A DNA stretch of 64,000 nt from an uncultured bacterium (lineage in GTDB: Bacteria; Verrucomicrobiota; Verrucomicrobiia; Verrucomicrobiales; DEV007). The notes under the pieces were generated by a model. The model was given only the letters and a program-made list of their open reading frames with translations. It was not told where the DNA came from and did not search any database. Position numbers and translations under genes: made by a program. The stretch spans positions 123,844 through 187,843 of the forward strand of contig CAXBMO010000011.1 in NCBI GenBank assembly GCA_963977015.1, read 5' to 3'. Shown one piece after another: positions 35,903-44,703 of the stretch (positions are counted from its first letter, which is position 1; every line of letters begins with the position of its first letter).

Positions 35903-38900
35903 TTGTTGGTGCAAAACACTGACCCGACGAACAGAGCCGCAGCGCACGAAATTTGCGCTGCCAAACTCGCAGGGCGTCGCGCGCTCATGTTGAAACATTC
36001 CCCCGGGAAATTTTTTCCACGGGTTTGGATGGTTCGTGCTAGGATGACGTCAGATTCTCTTTACGATGACGGAATCCCAATGAGATCACTACCCGGCATC
36101 TCCATATCCCTTGGGAGAGGGGGACGCAAGATGGTCCTGAGTCAGGGAACTCAGGCCACCTCCCACTTGGCGTATGCCGAGAGCGTGGGGCGGTTTGTGA
36201 GTTTGTCGTCGTGGGAGGAAGGGGATGGCGTCTGGCTTCCGGGGGCTTTTCGCGCTATTCGCAGCAAGTATCAGGGAGGGATCGCCTTTCCCTTGAGCAC
36301 GGGCAAACCCGGGACACGCTGGATGCTGGCTTCCGATATCCCGGATGGTTTTGCCTTGAGCCAATTGATTGGCGAGGACGTTCTCGCCAGTCCCGAGGGC
36401 TTTGCGAGCATGGTTCGGGCTGTGGATCGCGCGGCGGAATTGGCGGTTGAGGACTATGGGGTGCTTCCTGATTTCACACCGGAGAATGTGGTGATGGAGC
36501 CGTTGTCGGACGGAAGTTGGCGCGCCACTTTTCTGCATTTTGAACCGCTGCCCGACGGCGAGAAGAGGAATGGTGAGTCCGGCGGTCAAAACGTGATCGA
36601 GCGCCTCATCCAGCTTTTCTACACCATCGCCACTGGGGAACCGGCCCCTTCGCCGGAGGCATTGCGGGCGGAATTTCACCGGGGGGGCTCTCCACTGAGG
36701 ATGTGGTCACGCCCCGCATGGGAGTCCTGTTCTCAACTCCTTTCCGCCGATCCCGGCGATCCGGAGGCGGCACGCAACAACCTCCGGGAGAGTCTCTCCA
36801 ATCGACCTTTCCGGTTGCGACCGGAGATGCTTCCTTCCCGGCTCAAGCGTGGCCATCTTTCCTGGGTTCCGGATCCCGATGACCTGCCAAAGGCGATCCA
36901 GGATTCCCAACCGAGCGGCGGCTTTCGAGCGCCCCTGAGTTGGGCGCATCCCTTGGGCGGGGATCGGCTCCATTTGCTACCGCCGCCGTCGCTCAGTGGG
37001 AATGTGGATTTGACCGCGGCGACAAAACAGGCGCGGCAGCGGAGCGGGAATCGCTTCACGTCGGTCGAGGATTCGGCAAGCAGCGAGCGTTACCGATTGC
37101 TGGTTGAGGATTTGAAAGGCGCAACGCCGCTGTCCGATCTGGATTTGAGGGAGGTCACCCCGGAGCGTGTGGTCGGATTTCTCAGAATGTTGAACCAGGA
37201 ACTGGAGGCGTTGGAAGCCTGGGGCGCGCCGGAGCCGTCCCTTCAGGTTGAGGACATTCTCCTCAAGAGCGTTCCTGGCCGTGGGCGGGAGCGTGTTGCG
37301 GTGAAGCTGCCCGGTCCTGATGAGTGCCAAATCGTCTTTCGAGCCTTCTCCGGGAATCCTTTTTGCCGTCCCGGCCTGGGGTTTTCAGTCTTGCAACAGG
37401 GCGGCAGGGACTCCGACTGGATCGCTAACGCGTTCGGGAAACGCCACAACGTGGTTAGGCTGGCTCATCAATTGTTGGAAGATGTCTACCGGCATCAGAT
37501 GGGAGGGCTACCTCCTGTCGTTGCCGCCTGCCTTCGCCGAGGGTATGAATTGGATCCGGATACAGAATCTCGCTGGCGTCAGAAGTTCCTTCGGCGATTG
37601 GGCCATGCGATCCGGCAGGTCGATCAGCCGAAGGTGCCGGATTTCTTCCAGCCCTTTTCCAAGGCCCGGTTGCTTCAAGCTGCGGCTGTCCTTGCCGGGC
37701 TTGTCACGATTCCGCTCCTGATCCGACCGCTTTCGGATTTGCAGAAAGGGGCGCCGGATGGCGGATGGGTGGCGACTCCTCCCAGGGTGATCGCTCCGGT
37801 CGCGAACGACGAGGCGGAAGCCGGTCCGGTTCTTCAGCCGCGCATCAATCTCCCACCGACGAACGAAACCGTGGCCAGGCCGGAGCCGCTGCCTGTCGAA
37901 AGGCCCTTGCCCGAGTTGGTGGTCCGTGCCAGGCCGCTGCCGATGGCGGATCTGGAAGTGGTCGACGTGGCGTCGGCGCCGCTACCGAAGATCGAGCATC
38001 CTCCCATGGATTGGGAAGCGATGAATCGGGCGAAACTGACCCGCAACCTGGCGCGTGTGGAATCTCTGGTTGACGAGGGGGAGTTTGAAACTGCGGCTGA
38101 GGAGTTGGGAAGGCTGGGGGATGCGAATCCTGATTCTGAAGCGGTGGCGGAAATGCGGAACGACTTCGTGGCGGCACTTGGGGTGCTCCCTTCCGGCCAC
38201 ACTCAGACCGGGAACATTTTGCGCCAGTCGGCCCGCGATGGAAACTCCCGCGCCATCAAATGGCTCGCGGAAGTGACGCATCGCGACGACGAACCCGATG
38301 CCGTGGATTGGAATCGGATGGCGGTTCGGCATGGTGATGCGAGCGCCGCGATCCGGTTGGGAATCGATGCATCAGAGGGGCGGTTCGGGACGCGTGATCT
38401 TACTGAAGCGGTTAGCTGGTTCCAGCGTGCGGAGGCGCTCGGCCATACTGAGGCTCTCTACTTGCTTGCGGAATGCCATCTGTTTGGAAAAGGCATTCCC
38501 AAGGACATGAGAAAGGGAGTCGAACTGCTGAAGCGCGCTCACGATCATGGAGATCCGAGGGCGACGAACATGTTGGCGACCTGCTACTCCAAAGCGATGG
38601 GGGTGCCCCGAAACTTTGCCAAGGCGCGAAGTCTTTATCGGGAAACGATGCGACGCGGAGGCGATCGCGCCGCCGGTAACCTGGGGGTGATGCTCCTGCG
38701 AGGTTGGGGGGGAGAAAGCGATCCCGAGGAAGCGCGCAAGGTGTTTGGAGTGGGCGCGGATCAGGGTGACCCAAACGCGGCTTACTTTCTGGCGAAATGC
38801 CAGGAAAGCGGAATTGGAGGCCCGGCGGACCGCGAGGAGGCGAAACTCCATTACCTGCAGGCGGCGAACAGCGGACACCCGGCTGCCCTGAAGTGGTGCA

Positions 38901-38959
38901 AAGAACATGGGGTGGAACTCGAGAGGAGCAAGGTTCCGACCGCTCAATCAACCCGTTGA
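35903..38959 (+). CDS. Membrane protein with degenerate kinase-like N-region and C-terminal SEL1 repeats
   Basis: VLPDFTPENVVM resembles a kinase catalytic loop. Followed by a TM (AAAVLAGLVTIPLLI), a Pro-rich linker and 5-6 SEL1 repeats (EAVSWFQRAEALGH.EALYLLA...G.G...D). Start uncertain (ATG 36043 or 36080 possible). Confidence 0.75.
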   Translation: MLVQNTDPTNRAAAHEICAAKLAGRRALMLKHSPGKFFPRVWMVRARMTSDSLYDDGIPMRSLPGISISLGRGGRKMVLSQGTQATSHLAYAESVGRFVSLSSWEEGDGVWLPGAFRAIRSKYQGGIAFPLSTGKPGTRWMLASDIPDGFALSQLIGEDVLASPEGFASMVRAVDRAAELAVEDYGVLPDFTPENVVMEPLSDGSWRATFLHFEPLPDGEKRNGESGGQNVIERLIQLFYTIATGEPAPSPEALRAEFHRGGSPLRMWSRPAWESCSQLLSADPGDPEAARNNLRESLSNRPFRLRPEMLPSRLKRGHLSWVPDPDDLPKAIQDSQPSGGFRAPLSWAHPLGGDRLHLLPPPSLSGNVDLTAATKQARQRSGNRFTSVEDSASSERYRLLVEDLKGATPLSDLDLREVTPERVVGFLRMLNQELEALEAWGAPEPSLQVEDILLKSVPGRGRERVAVKLPGPDECQIVFRAFSGNPFCRPGLGFSVLQQGGRDSDWIANAFGKRHNVVRLAHQLLEDVYRHQMGGLPPVVAACLRRGYELDPDTESRWRQKFLRRLGHAIRQVDQPKVPDFFQPFSKARLLQAAAVLAGLVTIPLLIRPLSDLQKGAPDGGWVATPPRVIAPVANDEAEAGPVLQPRINLPPTNETVARPEPLPVERPLPELVVRARPLPMADLEVVDVASAPLPKIEHPPMDWEAMNRAKLTRNLARVESLVDEGEFETAAEELGRLGDANPDSEAVAEMRNDFVAALGVLPSGHTQTGNILRQSARDGNSRAIKWLAEVTHRDDEPDAVDWNRMAVRHGDASAAIRLGIDASEGRFGTRDLTEAVSWFQRAEALGHTEALYLLAECHLFGKGIPKDMRKGVELLKRAHDHGDPRATNMLATCYSKAMGVPRNFAKARSLYRETMRRGGDRAAGNLGVMLLRGWGGESDPEEARKVFGVGADQGDPNAAYFLAKCQESGIGGPADREEAKLHYLQAANSGHPAALKWCKEHGVELERSKVPTAQSTR

Positions 38960-38991
38960 CTTCTCTCTGGACTCCTGATGTGATGGATTCC

Positions 38992-39504
38992 ATGAATCGC
39001 AGTCTTCTCCCCATCTGGTGTATCGCGGTAGCGTTGAGTGGTACCAGCTGTCTGGGGCCGTCTGGAATGGGGCATGCCATGATTTTTTCCGGCCTTCCTC
39101 CGGTTGGCAGCGTTGTCGCCGGGGGAATCCTTGTCACCGGCAAATACCGGTCCACGGTCGAGCAGCGAACCAGTGCCCTGCGTCTCGCCAAAACCGCCGC
39201 CCTGCAGCTCGATCCCGGAGTTCGCGAATCCTTGATCGCGCGCCGCTCGCCCTACCTGGCGGTTCGTGTTCTCAAACCGGTTTCCCGTTCCCAACAGCCG
39301 CGATCGATACCGGCGGACCCCTCCGCCAAAATCGTTGATGTCATGGTCTACGATCTCGAAAAAGGGCGCATGGCGACCAAGGAGGTTTTTGAAGTCGCCG
39401 AAGAACCCGAGCCGGGCGAATTCGCAGAGTTCGACACGTATTTCACCCACTATGTCGGAGGGAGTGAGGACGTCGACACATCGTCCGAAACCGAGGAGCC
39501 GTAA
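38992..39504 (+). CDS. Hypothetical lipoprotein
   Basis: Hydrophobic N-terminus with a possible lipobox (LSGTSC); start uncertain. Confidence 0.6.
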   Translation: MNRSLLPIWCIAVALSGTSCLGPSGMGHAMIFSGLPPVGSVVAGGILVTGKYRSTVEQRTSALRLAKTAALQLDPGVRESLIARRSPYLAVRVLKPVSRSQQPRSIPADPSAKIVDVMVYDLEKGRMATKEVFEVAEEPEPGEFAEFDTYFTHYVGGSEDVDTSSETEEP

Positions 39505-39506
39505 TT

Positions 39507-40199
39507 TTATTGCGCCACAAACCTGCGGTTGATGTCCTGAGCCATTTCGTTGACGGCGCGCCGGAGTTCCCAATCCGCGCGCCGATAGAGAACTGCCGCA
39601 TCGGCTTGGAGAAAGTGGGCATTCTGCTCAACGCTCCGCTTTACGATTTCCTGTCGCGACCAAACGACTTGGCCGGTTCTGGCGTCGCGGATTTTCAAAT
39701 CTTTGAGGTGGGCTACCGAACTCACCTGCGTGCGACGGTTTTTCGTCGCGATCCCGGCGGCGGCGGCACCCGGAGTGCTGGCAATTGACCCGATCAAAAG
39801 AGCGCGCTCGGCGTCCGGTTGCACTTGCCCGGAGGCGTTGAAATCGGCGATGGAGCCACTCAGGACGTAGTCAGCGTGGCCGCTCTGATTGGGGCCGAGG
39901 ACCTGCGCGAACACTCCGCTGTGTCGCAGATGCTTGGTTACGGCCCGGGTGACCTCGCCGGCGATCTCCCCTTCTCGATAGCCTTCCCGTCCCGTGACGC
40001 GCCAGTGCTGGGAACCGACCCGGACATTGATGCGTTGATCGCGGGGAGCGAGGTCGCGAAGCAACTCAACCCGAAGCGTCGTTCCCCGCTTTGTGCCGGA
40101 AACCTTGTCCGATTGCATGAGAGGGTAACCAACTTGATGGACGCAGGATGACAGGCCAAGCGTCGCTGCAAGCAGCAAGAGAACGGAGGGGAGTTTCAT
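39507..40199 (-). CDS. Hypothetical lipoprotein
   Basis: MKLPSVLLLLAATLGLSSC lipobox; ADYVLSGSI.DF fold reminiscent of CsgG/LpoB/YajG-type lipoproteins. Confidence 0.75.
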   Translation of the reverse strand: MKLPSVLLLLAATLGLSSCVHQVGYPLMQSDKVSGTKRGTTLRVELLRDLAPRDQRINVRVGSQHWRVTGREGYREGEIAGEVTRAVTKHLRHSGVFAQVLGPNQSGHADYVLSGSIADFNASGQVQPDAERALLIGSIASTPGAAAAGIATKNRRTQVSSVAHLKDLKIRDARTGQVVWSRQEIVKRSVEQNAHFLQADAAVLYRRADWELRRAVNEMAQDINRRFVAQ

Positions 40200-40373
40200 A
40201 ACGCGGAAAAGATCAAGCTCGTCGCATTCAGGTCCCAATTCAATCTCATTTCCGACACGTTCTCCGGGCCGTTCCCGGAGTCTTAATCATGCAGATGTCT
40301 AAAATATTAGCTTGCTTTGATTGCGGGTGCTTGTTAGGAACCGCCTTGTCTCACTGACCCCCAACACATCACC

Positions 40374-41786
40374 ATGAACTCTTCAACCTTTCTGAGGAAT
40401 GCGCTTGTCGGAATTGTCGTATCCTTTCTGCCTGCGGCAGCTTTCGGCCAATTGGTGATCCCGAATCTCGGCGTCAACGCCGGTCCAGCCGGCAATGTTT
40501 CAACCTCCATCACCGTCAATGGCGCCAACATCGGGGTTGGGACGCAGGCTGACATCAATGTTCTCGGCCAGCTTGGTGTCAATGTTGGTGCAGGTGTGAA
40601 CGTCGGAGCGGATGGCACGATTCCCGGAGTTCCCTCATTGCCTGGCAGCGGGGTTGTTCTTGGGAGCGGGGGAAGCGCCGGAGGAACTGCGGCGTCGATT
40701 TCGTTGTTATCACCAAGTTCGTCACTGGTGTTTTCAGACGCAATTCTCGACACGCTCTCCAACAGCAGTCTACCCAGTCCCATTTCCCAGCGATTTGTCG
40801 CCTTTCAGGGCATCTCCGCAGCGACACGCGATATTGGAGCCCGATTGCTGGAGATCAGGACGGGCCAATATGTGGGATTGTATGAAATGAAGCTCAACAA
40901 CGAGTTTGGTGAGCCGTTTGAGAGTGAAGGCAAAAATGCGGTGATTGTGACCGATGACGATACCTGGTGGGAAATTTATGCGCAGGGCGATTTGTTTGAC
41001 GGTGAGATTGAGGAATTTGGCTTTGCCGATTCCCTGGATATCAGCACCTATGTCGGAACGCTGGGAGTCGAATACCATCCCAATTACTATCAAACGCTGG
41101 GCTTTGCGGCGTCCTGGATAGAAACCGATTCCAGCTTGGGAAATAATCTCGGTTCCAGTGATATATCCGGCGTCGCTCTATCGCTTTACGGTTCCTGGTA
41201 TGATGGCCCGCTTTATGTGGATGGACTCATTGCTTATGGATGGCTGGATCACGATATCTCGCGGCGAGCTCCGAATAATCTCAGTGCGTTGGGCGCCACG
41301 GAAAGCGCGGCATGGAATTTCCAGTTCAACACGGGGGCGAACTTCAGTTTCCATCAGTTTGTCACCGGTCCCTATCTCCGGGCGGAATATACCAACGGCA
41401 CGGTGGATGAATATCGCGAATCCGGTGCCGGACTTCTCAACCTGGATGTCGAAGGTCAGGACTACGATTCGTTGAGCTCACAACTCGGGTGGCAGATTTC
41501 GCTGCCGATCGAGACCCCGCGCGGAACGATTGCTCCCCACCTGCGCGCCGCCTGGGTTCACGAATACCTCAACGACTCGAACCTTGTGGGAGCCAGCCTG
41601 GTATCTTTTCCCTCCAATCGCCTCACTGCACAGAGCGTGAAGCTGGATGACGATTACGCCGTTTTTGGCGCTGGTGTCGTATTGAGCCGGAACAATCGCA
41701 TGACCCTCTCGGCCGATTACGAGATTCTGGTGGGTGACGAAATCACCAACCAGGCGGCTTCCCTCTCACTCAGCATCAAGTTTTAG
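40374..41786 (+). CDS. Autotransporter beta-domain protein with short G/V/N-rich passenger
   Basis: Signal peptide; beta-barrel motifs (GTLGVEY, YRESGAGLLNLDV.GQ...SLSSQLG, LRAAWVHEY); terminal F. Confidence 0.88.
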   Translation: MNSSTFLRNALVGIVVSFLPAAAFGQLVIPNLGVNAGPAGNVSTSITVNGANIGVGTQADINVLGQLGVNVGAGVNVGADGTIPGVPSLPGSGVVLGSGGSAGGTAASISLLSPSSSLVFSDAILDTLSNSSLPSPISQRFVAFQGISAATRDIGARLLEIRTGQYVGLYEMKLNNEFGEPFESEGKNAVIVTDDDTWWEIYAQGDLFDGEIEEFGFADSLDISTYVGTLGVEYHPNYYQTLGFAASWIETDSSLGNNLGSSDISGVALSLYGSWYDGPLYVDGLIAYGWLDHDISRRAPNNLSALGATESAAWNFQFNTGANFSFHQFVTGPYLRAEYTNGTVDEYRESGAGLLNLDVEGQDYDSLSSQLGWQISLPIETPRGTIAPHLRAAWVHEYLNDSNLVGASLVSFPSNRLTAQSVKLDDDYAVFGAGVVLSRNNRMTLSADYEILVGDEITNQAASLSLSIKF

Positions 41787-41859
41787 AGCTGCGTCTTCAC
41801 CTCGACCACAATCCGGCTGATGACCCATTTTTCGTCCGGGCTGATGGCGAACTCAAAGG
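41679..41859 (+). repeat. 181-bp direct repeat, copy 1
   Basis: Ungapped match to 42537..42717, 15 mismatches by manual count. Confidence 0.92.
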
Positions 41860-41885
41860 TGGAACTCCCCTGAAAAAGTGGACCG
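41860..41885 (+). mobile_element. Isolated IS3-family-like terminal inverted repeat
   Basis: TGGAACTCCCCTGAAAAAGTGGACC begins exactly where repeat copy 1 ends; resembles the IS3 IR at 24238-24214. Confidence 0.6.
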
Positions 41886-42052
41886 TATTTTCTTGGTTTC
41901 TTTAGGCTTAGTTTAGAGTGATAGGATTGCAACGTCGGTCCAGGCTATCGCCTCAAAGCGCACCGCTTTTCGCAAACTAACAAGCTACCAGAAAGCAGTT
42001 GAGTGCTTCAGGAGCAGCCGTATCGTCTGCTTAAGAAGTCCCACTTAGCAAG

Positions 42053-42454
42053 ATGAATAACGAACGAAATCCAGTTGGTTGGTTTGAGATCTATGTTTCA
42101 GACATGGAACGAGCCAAAGCCTTTTATGAAAAGACCTTCGATACGACGCTTGAAGAGTTGCCATCGCCCGATCCAACAATTCAGATGATGGCGTTTCCGA
42201 TGCGTTCACCTGACGATTGCGGGGGTGAGCTTCCGGGAGCTTGTGGCGCGCTGGCAAAAATGGATGGTTGCACTCCAGGTGGAGGCGGGACGCTCGTCTA
42301 TTTTTCCTGCAATGATTGCGCAGAGGATGAAGCTCGCGCGGTCGAAGCAGGCGGGCAGGTCGTGAAACCAAAATTCTCTATCGGGGAATACGGATTCATT
42401 TCATTGATTGCCGACACAGAGGGAAACATGGTTGGGCTTCACTCAATGCAGTAA
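42053..42454 (+). CDS. VOC/glyoxalase family protein
   Basis: NPVGWFEIYVSDMERAKAFY, LVYF, AGGQV..PK.SIGEYGF, DTEGNMVGLHS. Confidence 0.92.
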   Translation: MNNERNPVGWFEIYVSDMERAKAFYEKTFDTTLEELPSPDPTIQMMAFPMRSPDDCGGELPGACGALAKMDGCTPGGGGTLVYFSCNDCAEDEARAVEAGGQVVKPKFSIGEYGFISLIADTEGNMVGLHSMQ

Positions 42455-42536
42455 AAGCAAAACCAAAACACTCTGGGGAGAACAAATGGATGGAGTAGCA
42501 ACGGTTGTCCCGATGCGAGTTCAACTTGCTCACCAG

Positions 42537-42717
42537 GTATTGAGCCGGAACAAACGCCGGCCCCTCTCGGGCGATTGCGAGATTCTGGTGGGTGACGAAC
42601 TTACCAACCCGGCGGCTTCCGTCTCAGGCAGCATCAAGTTTTAGAGCTACCTCTTCACCTCGACCCCAATCCGGCTGATGACCCATTTTTCGTCCGGGCT
42701 GATGGCGAACTCAAAGG
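42537..42717 (+). repeat. 181-bp direct repeat, copy 2
   Basis: See copy 1. Contains a decayed autotransporter 3' end and the functional protease stop codon. Confidence 0.92.
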
Positions 42718-43792
42718 AAGTGGTTCCTTCGATGGTGTGCTCGTTCATGTCGTCAGCGACGATGAATTCCGAGGTGACGGTCGCGGTGTATCCCTCTCCG
42801 GTCTTGGTGACGGTGGGGCCTTTGAGCACCCGGTGAGAGCGCGTCGGCCAAGCGCGTTCGTATTCACGAATGTCCTGTTCAATGTGTTGGCGGTCGAGGA
42901 GGCCCTGATCGAAATACCAAACCTGACCGCCGTAGTAGTTGAGCTGCGAGTCGGTTGAATCGGAGTCGCCCGCTTTGAGGTAGGAATGGACGAGCTCAAC
43001 CAGGCTTTGCTCGGTCGACTTGGCAGGTTTTGGCGCCTTGGTGTTTTTGACCGGTGTGGCGCGAAACGTCGTTGGGTCGGGAAACTGAGCTTTGACGAGG
43101 ACGGTGGCATCGCGAACGCGCTCGATCACGCCGTCGGGTGAGTCTAGCGACGTGGAAGGAAGCGCCAGGTCTCTGGTGAGTTGGGCGGCGGCGAGAAGCT
43201 TGCTGGATTTGATCGCGTAGTTGACGTTCTCGGGGAAGTCGCCGGTCAGCTCGACCATCCGCATGCGGTCGAGCTTGGAAGTGACGATCCCGACCACCAA
43301 GCCTTTCGAATTGGCCAACGCCCCGCCGGAGTTTCCCGGTTGGACCGGGAGGCTGATCTGAAACTTGAAGTCGTCATCGTGGAGCCCCATCAAGCCACTG
43401 ATATGACCTTTCGAGTATTTGGGGGAGACGCCCTGGATTTTCGGATTGGGAAATCCGATGGTGAAGACGTCGTCACCCAATCGGCACGAATCGGATGAGG
43501 TGATGGGAAGGTAGGGGGAATCAACGTCGAGGTCGATCTTCAGAATCGCGATGTCGGCATCCGGAAAGTTGCTGACGACTTTGGCGATGTAGCGCTTTTT
43601 CTGGTGGTGAATCTGGATTTCGCTCGCACCACGAATCACGTGGCTGTTCGTGGCGATAAAGCCCTCCGGCGATATGAAGAAACCCGAGCCCGAAGACGGA
43701 CCTTTCGGCCCTTCCGCAAAGGCGGTAAACGTAGCCAGACAGAATGCCGCGATTCCGGCGAGCGAGAATGAGGTAAAGCCGACGTGTTGCAT
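42647..43792 (-). CDS. Exported trypsin-like (S1C) serine protease with C-terminal NTF2-like domain
   Basis: GSGFFIS, TNSHVI, DIAILK, QPGNSGG triad; signal peptide from ATG 43792. Confidence 0.9.
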   Translation of the reverse strand: MQHVGFTSFSLAGIAAFCLATFTAFAEGPKGPSSGSGFFISPEGFIATNSHVIRGASEIQIHHQKKRYIAKVVSNFPDADIAILKIDLDVDSPYLPITSSDSCRLGDDVFTIGFPNPKIQGVSPKYSKGHISGLMGLHDDDFKFQISLPVQPGNSGGALANSKGLVVGIVTSKLDRMRMVELTGDFPENVNYAIKSSKLLAAAQLTRDLALPSTSLDSPDGVIERVRDATVLVKAQFPDPTTFRATPVKNTKAPKPAKSTEQSLVELVHSYLKAGDSDSTDSQLNYYGGQVWYFDQGLLDRQHIEQDIREYERAWPTRSHRVLKGPTVTKTGEGYTATVTSEFIVADDMNEHTIEGTTSFEFAISPDEKWVISRIGVEVKR

Positions 43793-43799
43793 GGTGAGA

Positions 43800-44336
43800 T
43801 CAGACTTTGGTTCCAAAGAGTTTGCGGGCCATTGAGACGACCTTGCTTTCTTCCATCCCGGCGAGTCCCTCCATGACGCGATCGGCCAGGCGCAGGAAGT
43901 CGCCCAGTTCTTCCATCTGGCGATGAAACTCGACCGCATCGTCGGCTTTGAGCTTGTCGGTCTTTTCCGAGCAGCGGCGCAGCACTTCGATGGCAGGGGC
44001 GATTTCGCGGCGTTTGCGTTCTCTCGCGATGGTGCAGAACATCTTCCAGACGTCTTTCTCGGCTTCGAAGAACTCCTTGCGTTCGCCTTTGCGAATCACG
44101 CTTTTGATCAATCCCCAACCGACCAGATCGCGCAGATTGGTGTTTGCGTTTCCGCGGCTGATGTGAAGGTCCTCCATGATTTCATCAGTGCTGAGCGGTT
44201 CCGGACTGACCAGCAACAACGCGTGAATTTGCGCCATGGTTCGATTGATGCCCCAGGCGTTGCCAATCGCGCCCCACTGCGTCACGAAATCGTCGCGCGC
44301 TTCAATCAGGGTTTCAGCTTCTTCCGATTTGTTCAT
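43800..44336 (-). CDS. GbsR/MarR family transcriptional regulator
   Basis: WGINRTMAQIHALLL, LSTDEIMEDL.ISRGNA..NLR.L..WGL, GERKEFF.AEKDVW. Confidence 0.9.
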   Translation of the reverse strand: MNKSEEAETLIEARDDFVTQWGAIGNAWGINRTMAQIHALLLVSPEPLSTDEIMEDLHISRGNANTNLRDLVGWGLIKSVIRKGERKEFFEAEKDVWKMFCTIARERKRREIAPAIEVLRRCSEKTDKLKADDAVEFHRQMEELGDFLRLADRVMEGLAGMEESKVVSMARKLFGTKV

Positions 44337-44338
44337 GT

Positions 44339-44358
44339 TTTTCAAGATTTTCTGAAAA
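44339..44358. promoter_or_regulatory. Palindromic candidate operator immediately upstream of the regulator start
   Basis: TTTTCA-AGATTTTC-TGAAAA, 2 bp upstream of the ATG. Confidence 0.55.
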
Positions 44359-44703
44359 TCCAGAACATGCAAGCTTTGGCAGCAAGACTTTCTGACTTTG
44401 CCACAACGTTGCTCTTCTTCCAACTAGGGCGCGTTTGAAAATGATGACGGACGCGCAAGTTGTTCCTCTTTTTTGAAGATTGGCTTCGCGTGATCTTGAG
44501 ATGCGGCGCTTTTCCCGACTGGAAATGCTGTTCGGGGCTTTGTGAGAAGGCTCATCGCCGCCCCGAGCCATCATTCCCAGTCGACAAAATCACTCGCAGT
44601 GCTTCTCGACCTCATTTTCAAACGCGCCCCAGAACGAGCCGCTGAATCTCCGGACTTCTGGCAAGGGGACCAAGTCCAGTCTGGGTTGATCGGTTCTCCC
44701 TGT

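Noticed and set aside
41679-42717. Diversity-generating retroelement TR/VR pair
   Set aside because: Mismatches are not adenine-specific (only 6 of 15 are A in copy 1 and 2 in copy 2), and there is no reverse transcriptase in the window.
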